Counted from the first letter of the whole stretch, positions 36,301-47,824 are shown. The stretch: DNA of 63,160 nucleotides, filler included, from Lenisia limosa (GCA_001655205.1; 5 parts of 5 records of this genome joined end to end with filler, not necessarily neighbours in it), one strand, 5' to 3'. Translations and numbers: made by a program. The notes: generated by a model from the letters alone, not told the origin.

Positions 36301-38642
36301 GAATAGTCTCACAGCTGTCCGTTTCAGTTAAGTACTTGGAGGCGTCAATGCACCCCTAGATAATCAAATGTGATTTGGAGTTCTGAAGATAACATATTTG
36401 TAATAAGAGAGGGAGCAGGCTGGGGGTGAAACAAAAATCAACTCAAATATTTAATTGGGCTTTGCCTTGATAATCCTAATCTTGATAGTTTGATCTTATA
36501 TGTACTAAATTGATATATGGTATCATATCATCGTATATGCTCGCCAAAATTAGGTCACTGATTGTTATTTTGAGCTTCAAAGCCGCAGAAACCCATTTTT
36601 AGCCCAGTTTTCATACCACATTCAATTTCTGGTTATAAACGACTCAAGTAAATTAATAGAATCCAAGGCTAAATAAGCAAGTTGCCGATAAAATTATATG
36701 GAAAAACAACGGAAAATTTCAAAAATCATTATTTTATTACATCTTTGACAGGTTTCAACTTTCGGGAGTTTACATAGCGGAAGCAACTTTCTATAACTCT
36801 TAGCTATCTTTTGGAATACTATTACGNNNNNNNNNNNNNNNNNNNNNNNNNNNNNNNNNNNNNNNNNNNNNNNNNNNNNNNNNNNNNNNNTGGACGGGGA
36901 TATGTAAAAATGAGAAGTAATTCAAGGTTTTATCTGGCCAAAGTCGTGCTATTTCTTTGACAGCATTCTTTGATCATCCTTCTAATAGTATAGCTATTAC
37001 TTCTTTGATCATCATGATCCAACAGCTTCAGCCTACCCTTGAGCAGAGAGTGTCAGAGATTGTGAACGTCAGCTCAGGTGTGAGTGATTGAGGGCAGTTT
37101 TTCAGGAGACAGTACACCGAGTATTTGCCCGCAGGTACTGCCTGATTGGGTTAAATAACTGAGGGGGGGGGGGTAAAATTGGAAAATTTTTTGAAATAAA
37201 ACAGCCCAAANNNNNNNNNNNNNNNNNNNNNNNNNNNNNNNNNNNNNNNNNNNNNNNNNNNNNNNNNNNNNNNNNNNNNNNNNNNNNNNNNNNNNNNNNN
37301 NNNNNNNNNNNNNNNNNNNNNNNNNNNNNNNNNNNNNNNNNNNNNNNNNNNNNNNNNNNNNNNNNNNNNNNNNNNNNNNNNNNNNNNNNNNNNNNNNNNN
37401 NNNNNNGGGAAACAATTCAAGTTGGGAGAGACACAAAACAAATTAAGAGGTTACAATTTGAGCAGCATATTAAGATTGTTTCCCTATATTTTTAATGTTA
37501 TGAAATCTTGGTCAAAAAATTCTCCCTTCAAATCACGCGAGCTAATCAGTATTTTTAGTGCAAACAATAACAACCCCTCCCCCCATTTCTTCATCTCCCA
37601 AGCCATGCTTACGAAAGCAAAGCCACTCTGCGTACAGTACTCATCGGGGGGGCAGTCAAGAACACGGCAATTTTTATCAAATGCTGGGGGGTAAAATTGG
37701 AAAATTTATGACACAAAAAAAGCCCAAATCAGTTTTGTTCGCTGATAAGAAAATTGGACAATTTATAAAAAACAAAACCCAAAGTCCTCTGTTGGAGGGG
37801 GGGGGGGGCTNNNNNNNNNNGGGAAACAATTCAAGTTGGGAGAGACACAAAAAAAATCGTCAGAGGTTACATTTTGAGCAGCATATTAAGATTGTTTCCC
37901 AATATTTTTAATGTTATGAAATCTTGGTCAAAAATTTCTCCCTTCAAATCACGCGAGTTAATCAGTATTTATAGTTTTTTATAGCAAACAATAACCCCCC
38001 ACACCCATTTCTTCATCTCCCAAGCCATGCTTACGAAAGCAAAGCCACTCTGTGTACAGTACATATCGGAGGGGCAATCAAGGCTACGGCAAATCGCATC
38101 ATATGCTGGGGGGGTAAAATTGGAAAATTTATGAAACAAAAAAAGCCCAAATCAGCTCTGTTCGCTAACGAAAACATTCTCAGAACAAAGAACAATTGTG
38201 AAAGACACATTACAGCATTGTAGTTGACAGTTACCCACGATTAGTGATGACAACGTTTCGCGGTTTTTTCTTAACCGCTGGAGTGTTAGTGTAGAAATGG
38301 CCAGAAAATGAACAAGTCTTATTGCTTGTCAAAAATGTTCATGATTTTTAATACAGCTAGCCAGTTAAAAATGCATACAATCCAATCAGAGAAGGTTAAA
38401 AATAAAAAATACTAACGACATTTTCCGATATTTTCAAAAAAATTCACAAGAAATGATCCCATCATAACTAGGGCTTCACTTCGGTTCGAAGAAAGACTAA
38501 ATTTCTCGATGAATCATCTAAAATCATCGATAATTTCCTGGTATTTTTCGTATCGAAGTTAAGCCCTGAGCCAACAAAGACACCCACCATCCCGAGGGAT
38601 CGCACGAGGCTCTCTGTCGGTCCTTCTTCGTGCCTGCGTGTC
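21380..38642 (-). CDS. Large multi-exon putative surface/secreted protein with cadherin-like motifs and Cys-rich segments (incomplete; several exons present twice)
   Basis: Exons: AVKKKPRNVVITN|PYDAICRSLDCPSDMYCTQSGFAF (38272-38035); AVPAGKYSVYCLLKNCPQSLTPELTFTISDTLCSR|GCIDASKYLTETDSCETIPKGKYGLNYP|TYETLQDCEPRNPY; FYSPAFNQSFYSCTV; LIATAENRGKGP|LTTTMSFWVYIEDV; VYIPDIRDNSP; FLDPDEQLDYVNS. The cadherin assignment rests on motif resemblance only. Confidence 0.5.
22068..22162. mobile_element. 95-bp MITE (TAGGG family), duplicated at ~22307-22403
   Basis: TIRs TAGGGTTTCCCTGCG ... CGTAGGGAAGCCCTA. The internal sequence is shared with the 38469 and 61805 copies. Confidence 0.75.
22771..25634 (-). mobile_element. 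DIRS/Ngaro-like tyrosine-recombinase retrotransposon, copy 1 (2.9 kb, heavily internally deleted)
   Basis: Order on the minus strand: basic/acidic gag-like start (25430-25050); RT pieces (KGADLGIKGS; AFNQLPIRES...YMPFGFKNCPVIFD); KSLQSLAGKLAW; RNase H (WCTDSS..IGGY, SNVLEWIAV, YIPTGDNKFADAASR); then YR. Confidence 0.88.
23009..23640 (-). pseudogene. Tyrosine recombinase ORF of YR copy 1
   Basis: RAIYLFAFFATARMGE (box I Arg), LCPVKAF, TIHSFRH (HxxR), RGGWKSIRMMRKYDH (catalytic Tyr). The N-terminus is deleted and frameshifted. Confidence 0.85.
29104..29794. mobile_element. Foldback/MITE element with ~250-bp imperfect inverted arms and ~180-bp spacer
   Basis: 29104-29357 is the reverse complement of 29540-29794 (TGCTCGC...AAAGCCGCAGAAACC...AATCCAAGGCTAA). 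TA-flanked. A deleted, inverted copy lies at 36535-36826. Confidence 0.85.
32680..34347 (+). pseudogene. Reverse transcriptase-RNase H of YR copy 2, frameshifted, with the catalytic core inverted
   Basis: ORFs 32680-32979, 32991-33302, 33467-33991 and 34012-34347. The YFDS (YxDD-equivalent) segment reads on the minus strand at 33338-33509. Confidence 0.85.
34615..35378 (+). pseudogene. Tyrosine recombinase ORF of YR copy 2 with a putative 34-nt intron (34783-34816)
   Basis: KTYGTAVRIY...MSEYT|IELWIAEV...SPQTIAGYVSSLARY joins in frame after removing GTAAGG...CTAATACTCCCCAG. Later CPVRAL and TIHSFRY. Box I (RxGE) is missing. Confidence 0.8.
37684..37790 (-). repeat. Intron-end repeat family (GGGGGTAAAATTGGAAAATTTATGAAAC-A7-GCCCAAATC), copy ending at a 3' splice site
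   Basis: The reverse complement ends TTTTCCAATTTTACCCCCCAG|, followed by the exon AFDKNCRVLDCPPDEYCTQSGFAF. Homologues at 28082, 37165, 38106 and 58059, and degenerate at 1145-1203. Confidence 0.8.
38469..38568. mobile_element. 100-bp MITE (TAGGG family)
   Basis: TIRs TAGGGCTTCACTTCG ... CGAAGTTAAGCCCTG. Confidence 0.75.
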
Positions 38643-38840
38643 TAGAGAGGAGGTTGGGGTTAGAAAGCAAAAATAACCCAAAAGAAACTCTTTAAGGGGT
38701 TTTCAAACAAATTAGTAACACAAAAATAGTAATAAAAAAAGCCTTGAGGAAAAACATCTAAATAACACGAAATAGCAACAATTACTTTCTTAAGAAATCT
38801 AAAGTGCTATATATATTATATATTATACTATATAATATAT

Positions 38841-39782
38841 AGGTCAGTGAATAAAAAGGGGCCCAGGTGAATAAAAAGGGGGCCAGTTTTTGAAAAAATG
38901 TCTTGTTTGTGAGGATAGTCTTCTTTTTGTTCCGTCTTAGTGTACTTTTCTTCTCGGAAACGATGGATAAGAGAGTAAACAATGTACATAAGTCAAAACT
39001 AAAATAAGAGAAACAAGACAACATAAAAACTATTCACGAGAGCTCCAACCTAAAATAGTCAAAAATGACTCGAATACGCCCTTTTAATCAATTAATGGTG
39101 TGAACTACCATCGGGTGTGGTTCGTGTGATATGGACAAACGATACATATAGGTGGGGGGACATGACCGTGTCCACTTTTTTTTTATTTTCTTCAAAAAAA
39201 CACAAAAAATGTTGCGAAGGGGAAAGCAATAACTCTCAGTGTATAAAACATCACAAGCTGTATTTTTCAGAAAGGTTCTAATACAAACATCAAAGCTCAT
39301 AAAAGCAATCGAAAAATGTAGACACTCAGCATAAGATTTTCTTCTAAAAGTAAGACATAAAACTAAATGACAAACTTCTATTTCATTTTTCTTCACAGGG
39401 CGCTTTTTCGTAGTCTTGGCCTTCCCCTTTCTTGAAAAGTCATTCCAATTTTGCACAATATTTAAAAACCTTTTCTTGCTTCTGCATGTTTCTCTTCTTT
39501 TCTTCGACATTAGCTTTCTTGATTCTTGCCATTTCTTTTTTCCGATTTTCCAACAATACTTCAGGTTGAAGTTGAGTCTTCAACAAATTATAGGTCATTC
39601 CATGGTAAAACACCTGGATTTTCTTCAAAGAACTTAATTTCCTTTCGGTAATTTGGTCACGATGTTTAGCAATCACTGCCCAAGCCTCAGCAGTTTTCTC
39701 ACTTGAAATATTCTCCTTGTTAGCTGCTTGAATCATATTAATTAACTCTTGAGTATTCAATTGGCAAGAGTAGAGAGCGGAT
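38841..39782 (-). mobile_element. Truncated transposon-like segment carrying an ORF homologous to the accessory ORF of the pogo-like element
   Basis: ORF LINMIQAANKENISSEKTAEAWAVIAKHRDQITE aligns with the 45493 ORF LIQLIRSAKDKLTTAEEAKKAWESIAHERDALTE. It ends in 2x GTGAATAAAAAGGGGCCCAG next to a TA run. Confidence 0.5.
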
Positions 39783-39826
39783 NNNNNNNNNNNNNNNNNN
39801 NNNNNNNNNNNNNNNNNNNNNNNNNN

Positions 39827-39838
39827 TTAATTAATTAA
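39827..39838. other. Artificial scaffold-joining linker
   Basis: TTAATTAATTAA inside an N run. Confidence 0.9.
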
Positions 39839-41174
39839 NNNNNNNNNNNNNNNNNNNNNNNNNNNNNNNNNNNNNNNNNNNNTTTACGCCTCTTTCACAT
39901 TTTTTGCAAATTATCGCCCGAAACACTCCTTTATACAGGGTTCTGTTCAGAAGAATAGGCAGGGGTATCAACATACATGCAAAAATACCACCTTCATAAT
40001 ACTTCAATTTTTTATGCAAAATACATTGAAAACACTGATTATGGGCCTAGAATTGTCCCTGCGATAAAGTGAAGACGTTCTTGCACCATCAAATTTGATT
40101 TTTTCCACTCATGAGTAACCTAGAGGCATTTCAGTAGAGAATACGAGACAAATTGGGCAAAAAATGAGCGTAAATTTCCCATAAATGGGCGATAATGTGA
40201 TAGAAGATGTTAATAAATCAAGCGAATTTGACTCTTACCTTTTGTGCCGTTCCAGAACGGTAAATGGGTTATTGACGCAGTATATACCTTAATCAGACGT
40301 CTATTTCGTCCATTGGCTCTATTATAGAACAAGGAAAATTCTTGAAAAAACCGTTACAAAAGTTGACTTAAATACCTCAAAACCACTACATTTTCTCCAA
40401 AAATGGACTTCAGATTCGAATTCTCCATAAAAATCTGCGTTTCTATAGTGCGGCACTTTAATAGGCTCAAAATGCTATTATTCTGAAAGAGGGGGGTTTC
40501 AAAAAATATTTTCGCGTAAAGGAAACTGGGTGACCCCGTCCGGGTTCGATTCTGATCAAAAGATCTTTTTTCTCCTCTTTTTTCGATTTTTGCTCATAAT
40601 TTCTTTGTTTTGATGTTATTGATTGTCTAGTACTCAAAACAGCCGAATTTCACACTAAAAAGGGTGTTATTGAAGCGATTTATGNNNNNNNNNNTTTTTA
40701 AACATCAACCTATAACATAATAGCTATAATATATACTATTGTACTGAATATCTAACATCATTACAAAAAATCAAGCACACAGAAGGCTGTGGAGACTTTT
40801 TATTATTTTACATAATCCAACCCCTTAATTAACAATCCTGATGGCCCGACTCTTTTGTCCCTGATTCTGAGAAGGTCGGCTTTGACGCTTCAATTATAAG
40901 AGCTTTGTTTAATTGTCTTTGTTTGTGTTTTTGTATTTTATATGTACTCTTTGTTTTCACATTTCAAGGAAAGAATCATATTCGGATGCCGGAAAAGAAG
41001 ATGATCTGTTTGTCCGACTCATCCCGTATTTGCCTCATGCCTTTTTTTTTTTTTTTTTTTTTTTTNNNNNNNNNNNNNNNNNNNNNNNNNNNNNNNNNNN
41101 NNNNNNNNNNNNNNNNNNNNNNNNTGGACTTGATGGCTCAAAAATGTGTCAAACAGTACTCAATACATTATAAT

Positions 41175-43765
41175 TTAGTGAAAAATATCCTCTTCAGACC
41201 CAGAAGAGCTTGGTGCTTCTGAAAGTTCACTTGCAAATGATAAAAAGTGTGAGGGTCGATGTTGTTCAGCATAAAAAGGTAACGGATTTCCGAGCTCCAT
41301 TTCATACCTACAAGATTTGGTTAATATGTATAATAGATGAGAAATAAAACAAGGTTGTATCTGACCGAAGCCGTCCACACCATCATGCTGAGAAGAGATA
41401 TTATACATAATTACAATAATAAACAAAAAGAGGTTAGTGGGGGAAAAACTAAACAAAATTGCATAGTATGTCACTTCACCAGCACCCTTTGTAAAAAGCG
41501 GTAAAACTTAACAGTTTTTAACAAGATATAATCAAAAACATCATTGTTGTTTTTCTTCATGACTATTACATCAAAGACAACTAGTCGATACACTTGACAA
41601 CAAATCTGAACCATACCTGGTAGTTTTGTTTTTTGGAAATTCGAAAAAAATACATCTTTATTTTATCGTTCTAATTGCGGAGATTGAATGTTACTAATTT
41701 TCAAAAAGCAGTCGCAGTAACGTTACAGGTCGCGGTCATGTGCACTCACCCCAAAATACATCCAGGGATACCCTCTTCAAGAGTGAAGCATTGAAATAAT
41801 ATCGTATATTTTTGAACTGAACTGAACTTGGATTATTTAAGCAGAGTTCCCTTTTAACTGAAATCCTCTTGTATTTTAAGATAGTCGCGGGGTAATACTT
41901 CCGTCTATGACTCGAAGGAGCTTGGATCGAGCCCGGAATATGCTATTTTTTTTTAAAGTGAGTTCACGGCATTTATTTTGGGAATGTGCTCTGTGTTATT
42001 ACCCCATTGATTTGTATTTTTCTTCTTTTTATATACTGTATGTTAATTTGTACTAGACCTCAACCGTATCTTATGGGCACGAAAGCGTTCATAAGCAAAT
42101 TTCAAATTCTGAATATACTATGATTTATAGGAAGCATATATCTAACAAGATTTATTTCAAGTTTTTGAAAGATTTATATCGACTTGGAGATGACGCAACA
42201 GAGTATAAGTTTCCGAGGCACCCTTTGTTGTTGGGTTGTTGTTTTATGCGTTACTTTAAGTATTACCGAGTACAGTATGGTACATTGGTACAGTCTCTAT
42301 TGACCTGTGATGGATTAGAGTTTTTGACTTATACATAATTTCAAAATATGGTTTCAACAAATACTCCTTACAAATCTTCCCATAGATTATTTTCCCATCC
42401 TATATAATTGTCCATAAAGAGAAAAGTCAGATTTCTGAGAGTTTAAAAACTAATTGAACTCNNNNNNNNNNNNNNNNNNNNNNNNNNNNNNNNNNNNNNN
42501 NNNNNNNNNNNNNNNNNNNNNNNNNNNNNNNNNNNNNNNNNNNNNNNNNNNNNNNNNNNNNNNNNNNNNNNNNNNNNNNNNNNNNNNNNNNNNNNNNNNN
42601 NNNNNNNNNNNNNNNNNNNNNNNNNNNNNNNNNNNNNNNNNATTTGGTTTTTTGGAATTTTGAAAATAATTTGTAGTATTTTCGATACAATTGTGCATGT
42701 ACATAACCAATTAGAAATCAATAATATCACGAATTTCTGATAGTTTTAAATAAGTAATCAATGAAAACTCCTTTACAGAGCGCGTCTTTTTACAAGGCCA
42801 TCATCAGATTTAAAATCTTAAATATAATACATAGATAGTCACATGGTCATATTTTGGGCGAAATTTTCTCGTTTCAGAGCCTCTTTGAAACTATTGTTTT
42901 GTTAAAAACAGCATTATGGAGCCGATATACCTCCTTTTCTGATTTTTTTTGTTTTATTTTTAAATTTACCGAAANNNNNNNNNNNNNNNNNNNNNNNNNN
43001 NNNNNNNNNNNNNNNNNNNNNNNNNNNNNNNNNNNNNNNNNNNNNNNNNNNNNNNNNNNNNNNNNNNNNNNNNNNNNNTGTATTACAATTTTAGGTCGCT
43101 GGCGCGACATGGAAATACATACTATATAATACTTGTATAAATATTATTAAAGCAGGAAAAGTGCTTCTTAAATACCGGTCCAGAATGGTCCAGCGATTCA
43201 TAAAAGTATGACAATCTACACTAAAGAGAGACAGCTTGAATATGTAGCAAAATGAGAAAAAGTATTGAGTGTTCCTCTCCGTCCCATATAAGACAGTTTG
43301 AAGAGTCGGAAGGTAAAAAAGCGACCAATTTTAACGACGTGGATTGTTTAAAACGACTATGGTAAACTCACTTCATTGATTCACTGTGTTTAACTCCCAT
43401 AAAATTATAATTCCAAGGTAAACCCTAAAATTATTTATCCGAATTAAAAACTTGAGGTACCAAAAAGAAGCCATGATAGCGGTCAGATAACAACATTTGT
43501 GCTTTTTCATAGTGTGTTGGCAAGTAACCAGCTGGTGAACTTGAGGTATCATGGTTCTATACAATTTAAGCAACAGAGAAAATCAACACACCTTCCGACC
43601 CCATTCAAATCCAGATGGAGTTAATTTATAGGACGTGAGTGACACCGAGCCAGCAGTAAATGAAACTGTCGTTAAAATCGCTTTATCTCCATCCCATGAA
43701 TTTGATGCCATCATTTTGGCATGACAAGTGACATCTTGAGGCATCAACTGAGGAACTTCATTGGG
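41175..43765 (-). CDS. PRP8: Pre-mRNA splicing factor Prp8, last four exons (JAB/PROCT end)
   Basis: [19 protein letters not shown]...[17 protein letters not shown] | [35 protein letters not shown] | [18 protein letters not shown] | [25 protein letters not shown]...DIFH-TAA. Introns are 35 nt, 27 nt and ~2 kb. Confidence 0.93.
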
Positions 43766-44288
43766 CTGGATGAATAAAATAAATGTCAAGTTAGATGAAA
43801 TGATTTTGTACTGAATACTTCAGAAAAAAACCTTGTATAACTATGCAGCAGCACCAAAACTTTAACATTAAGGAGGTTCAGTCCATTTTTTTTTGATTTT
43901 GCAATTTTTTTTAAAAATTGGAAAAGTAATTACAATCTTTGGGATAGTTCCGCAGGGTAGTTTTTCCCATTAAGGGTTATTAGCAAATATTTTTCAGCAC
44001 ACATTTGTGATGTGTTTTAGTTGTCACTGCTGCCAATTGGATGTTCTTCACTCTTTGAAGATGGCATCACCAGGAATGGATCAGCCTACAAGTAACGTTC
44101 TGCAATCTGAACATCCTGAATTTTGCTTTTTTTTTAAAATATAGTATAATGACCCTTCGGGATAATTCCACAGGTAAATTTTCATCAGCCATGAAAATTA
44201 AAAAAATGGGGGAAAATGGCCTGGAATGTGTGACTGAGGCTTTAGGCTAAAATTGAAATACAAATATATATATGTATATATGAATAGT

Positions 44289-44950
44289 CAAAGCTCCGGA
44301 CATTCAAAATTCAACAGACACATCAAAACTCCCACAGCTTGAGTATTCAATAAAAAAATCATCATAAACCCTTTTGTTTTCGAAAGTAATTTCAATCTTG
44401 ATCAAAGGATAAAACGCCTACTTCATATATTGTCAGTTCAAAACCAAATTAAGTCCCTAAGCTCTCTATTTACGGTCCAAATTCTGTCAAAAACACGAAA
44501 AAAAGTTTTTAAAGGCCACATTCAAGGAATAAATGGCAACTACCCGGGAAAGTTCACCCTTGTAGACAGTGCTATTTTGAGCATTTTTCTATCAAAATTC
44601 ACCATTACATAGCCAAAGCAAAGGGGAAGCCGGAACCAACTACTCCGATGGGTGAATTTTTTTTATTCTTAAAGAAAAAAAAAAAGGCAAAAGGGGGACG
44701 GAAGCCGGAANNNNNNNNNNNNNNNNNNNNNNNNNNNNNNNNNNNNNNNNNNNNNNNNNNNNNNNNNNNNNNNNNNNNNNNNNNNNNNNNNNNNNNNNNN
44801 NNNNNNNNNNNNNNATTAGGATCCATTTCTCTCTGTGTCTGTCGAAGCAGTTTTTTTAAAACCACTAACTTGGCCTATACAAGGTGTCAACTTCAAGCTG
44901 TCCGGGAGTTTTGATGTGTTTGGTGAATTTTAATGATGTCCGGAGCTTTG
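44289..44950. mobile_element. ~660-bp MITE with ~55-bp imperfect TIRs between (TA)n tracts
   Basis: CAAAGCTCCGGACATTCAAAATTC...CTCCCACAGCTTGAG (44289-44343) versus its reverse complement at 44892-44950. Confidence 0.75.
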
Positions 44951-44977
44951 AGGATCCATATATATATAGATTACATG

Positions 44978-47824
44978 TGCGATCACCAGTATGAATGCGA
45001 TCAGGAAGTTAGTGTTTTTTCATTATAAAATTCCTAAAATCCCAAAAACACAAGTATTTTTGACATAGGTGAAGGTACATAATTGTGTCCACTTTTAAAA
45101 TGTTAGGTATTTTTGACTGGGCGCAAGTATTTGGTTTCTTTTTGACCAAAATCTACCCCTTAACACNNNNNNNNNNNNNNNNNNNNNNNNNNNNNNNNNN
45201 NNNNNNNNNNNNNNNNNNNNNNNNNNNNNNNNNNNNNNNNNNNNNNNNNNNNNNNNNNNNNNNNNNNNNNNNNNNNNNNNNNNNNNNNNNNNNNNNNNNN
45301 NNNNNNNNNNNNNNNNNNNNNNNNNNNNGAGAGAAGTACCTTCATTGAGAGATATTCAGACAATGTTGAATGTTGGAGGGGCTTATCGTTGACCCTGCCA
45401 AGACTGCTTCGCACTTGCCAAATTCGGAGTGTGCATTTGCTCATGCCCTCCAACCTCCTCCACGAACGGCCCTCTACTGTTGAACACCGGCTTTGATACA
45501 GCTCATCAGGTCTGCTAAAGACAAATTGACGACTGCCGAGGAAGCAAAGAAAGCGTGGGAAAGTATTGCACATGAGAGAGATGCTCTCACTGAAGCTGAG
45601 GTCAAGTTCTACCAGCAAAATTCTGGTCATCTCCCTTGGGAAAGAAATCCTTTAATTGGCCCTGACCCAAACTTCGCTTTTGAGCCATCTCCCAAAGCTC
45701 GCAAATCAATCGCTCTGAAGACCGAAAAACACTGGGCTGACGTCTTGTTGCAAGAGAAAAAGAAGGAAATTGCAGATCGAAAAAGTGGGGAGAACTGTTA
45801 CTTAGAATCACTTTTCTTTCTTCTTCTCTAACAACATTTAAAAGCCCAAAAGCTCACAACGTTAGGAGTCAAGAAAAAGAGTGTACTGAGGCAAGAGTAA
45901 ATAATTACTTTCCTTAAATATCACAATTTAGGAGTCAAAAAATGACATCGTGGAAGCAGGCCTCAGCCCAAAATAATATATTACATCAATATATGAATAT
46001 GAATCTACAATTATCCATACGAAGGGTTTTTAGCAAAAAATTCAAAGAATGAAAAAGTGGACACAATAATGTACCTTCACCTAATATGTAGCGTTTTAAT
46101 CCCGAGAGTATATTAAATCAGATTAGAAATAATATTTAAGAGACTAATTTTGAACCGAACTTTGGTCATCCAATTCCTTTCTCAGCTTTTTTTTTTTTTT
46201 TTTTGGAAAAATANNNNNNNNNNTAATAATTTTTAAGAGACTAATTTTGAACCGAACTTTGGTCATCCAATTCCTTTATCAGCTTTGTTTTTTTGAAAAA
46301 TAGACCTCTCTTTACTTTGATTTTGAACATTTAAAATTTATACTTTTTTTTTTTCAAGAGAACATTAGAACGGACCTTCAAGGAGTGAGCTACAAAGCAG
46401 AAGTAGGGTTATTCCGTAACATATGACCTTATATAACTCCCTTTAGCGTCAATAACAACAGCAACATGGCCAGCAACAGTGTCAAATCTCCCCACAAGGG
46501 TTCAAATCCAAGTATGAGCTATAATCTTTTCTTTTATTGTTCAGAAGTTCTCGCCAAAATGGTTCTCTTCCTGCTGATGCTCCTGCTCTTCTGCTCACCA
46601 ACAGCCACACCTCTCGGCTCACCCCTGCTGCTCTCGATATCTTGGCTGAGGAGAACATAATCCNNNNNNNNNNGAAACTCCCTTTAGCGTCAATAACAAC
46701 AGCAACATGGCCAGCAACAGCGTCAAATCTCCCCACAAGGGTTCGAATCCAAGTATGAGCTATTTTTTTTCTTTTTTCTTTTCTTTTTTTGTTCAGAAGT
46801 TCTCGCCAAAATGGTTCTCTTCCTGCTGATGCTCCTGCTCTTCTGCTCACCAACGGCCACACCTCTCGGCTCACCCCTGCTGCTCTCGATATCTTGGCTG
46901 AGGAGAACATAATCCTCTTCCTTCTCCCTTCCCACACTTCTCACGGCACCCAACCACTCGATCTTGTCACCTTCGGGGCGTTCAAGTCAAAATTGTCTTC
47001 AATTCTTGACCGCATCTCAAAGCCCATTGAAACAAGCAACAAGTCCCTTGGCCTTCGAGTGTTACTTCTTGCTGCCGGACTCTCGGCACTTTCCCAAGCC
47101 CTTGATCCTCTTTCCGTTCAAAGCGCTTTTGAACGTGATGGTATCTTTGGGAATGCACTCACTTCAGACAAACCTAAGATTGAGATCCGTCCTTCTGTCC
47201 TACTCCGTCGCTGTCTTGGTGTCATTGGAGGCATCNNNNNNNNNNNNNNNNNNNNNNNNNNNNNNNNNNNNNNNNNNNNNNNNNNNNNNNNNNNNNNNNN
47301 NNNNNNNNNNNNNNNNNNNNNNNNNNNNNNNNNNNNNNNNNNNNNNNNNNNNNNNNNNNNNNNNNNNNNNNNNNNNNNNNNNNNNNNNNNNNNNNNNNNN
47401 NNNNNNNNNNNNNNNNNNNNNNNNNNNNNNNNNNNNNNNNNNNNNNNNNNNNNNNNNNNNNNNNNNNNNNNNNNNNNNNNNNNNNNNNNNNNNNNNNCAA
47501 TTGTTGAGACCGCTGAAGAGCACGACAAGCGCCGTCTCCAAGTTGCCGCCGAGATAGTAAAGGAGCGCCAACAAGAAAAGGCCCGTAAGGAAAACGAGGT
47601 AGTAGAGAGAGAAGCCAACCATCCTGTTGGAAGAGGACGTGGGCGTGAACGTGGACGCGGACGTGGCCGTCGTGTTACTGCATAACTGTTTCTATTGTAT
47701 TTGGTATTTCTAAGTTTAAAAATAAGTTGTTTTGAAATTTTTGGTGTTTAAAGCGAAGATATAGGAAAAATAATGTAACTTCCTGATCGCATTCATACTG
47801 GTGATCGCATTCAGACCGGGGTAC
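44978..47824 (+). mobile_element. pogo/Fot1-like (Tc1-mariner superfamily, DDE_1) transposon, degenerate, with an upstream accessory ORF
   Basis: Perfect 34-bp inverted repeat at 44978-45011 / 47776-47809. Transposase motifs LLLTNGHTSR (the D of LDGH is replaced by N) and LFLLPSHTSHGTQPLDLVTFGAFKSKL (46790-47000). Accessory ORF at ~45370-45830. Confidence 0.85.

Larger units (their letters stand above)
26885..37090. repeat. Duplicated host segment: A1 26885-27913 / B1 28080-30005 versus A2 30018-31062 / B2 35488-37090
   Basis: Colinear copies, roughly 85-92% identical by eye, including exons of the minus-strand gene. They are joined at a 10-N gap (30007-30016). This is either haplotype overlap or tandem duplication. 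Confidence 0.85.

Noticed and set aside
26885-37090. The A1-B1-A2-[ORFs]-B2 layout resembles the split direct repeats of Ngaro/PAT elements
   Set aside because: The repeats are 1-2 kb, contain host exons, are joined at a 10-N gap and are in the wrong orientation relative to the ORFs. Haplotype or segmental duplication explains them.
41882-41935. tRNA-like A/B box sequence (TAGTCGCGGGGTA ... GGATCGAGCCC)
   Set aside because: No convincing cloverleaf or acceptor stem. At most a decayed SINE head; tRNAscan-SE would settle it.
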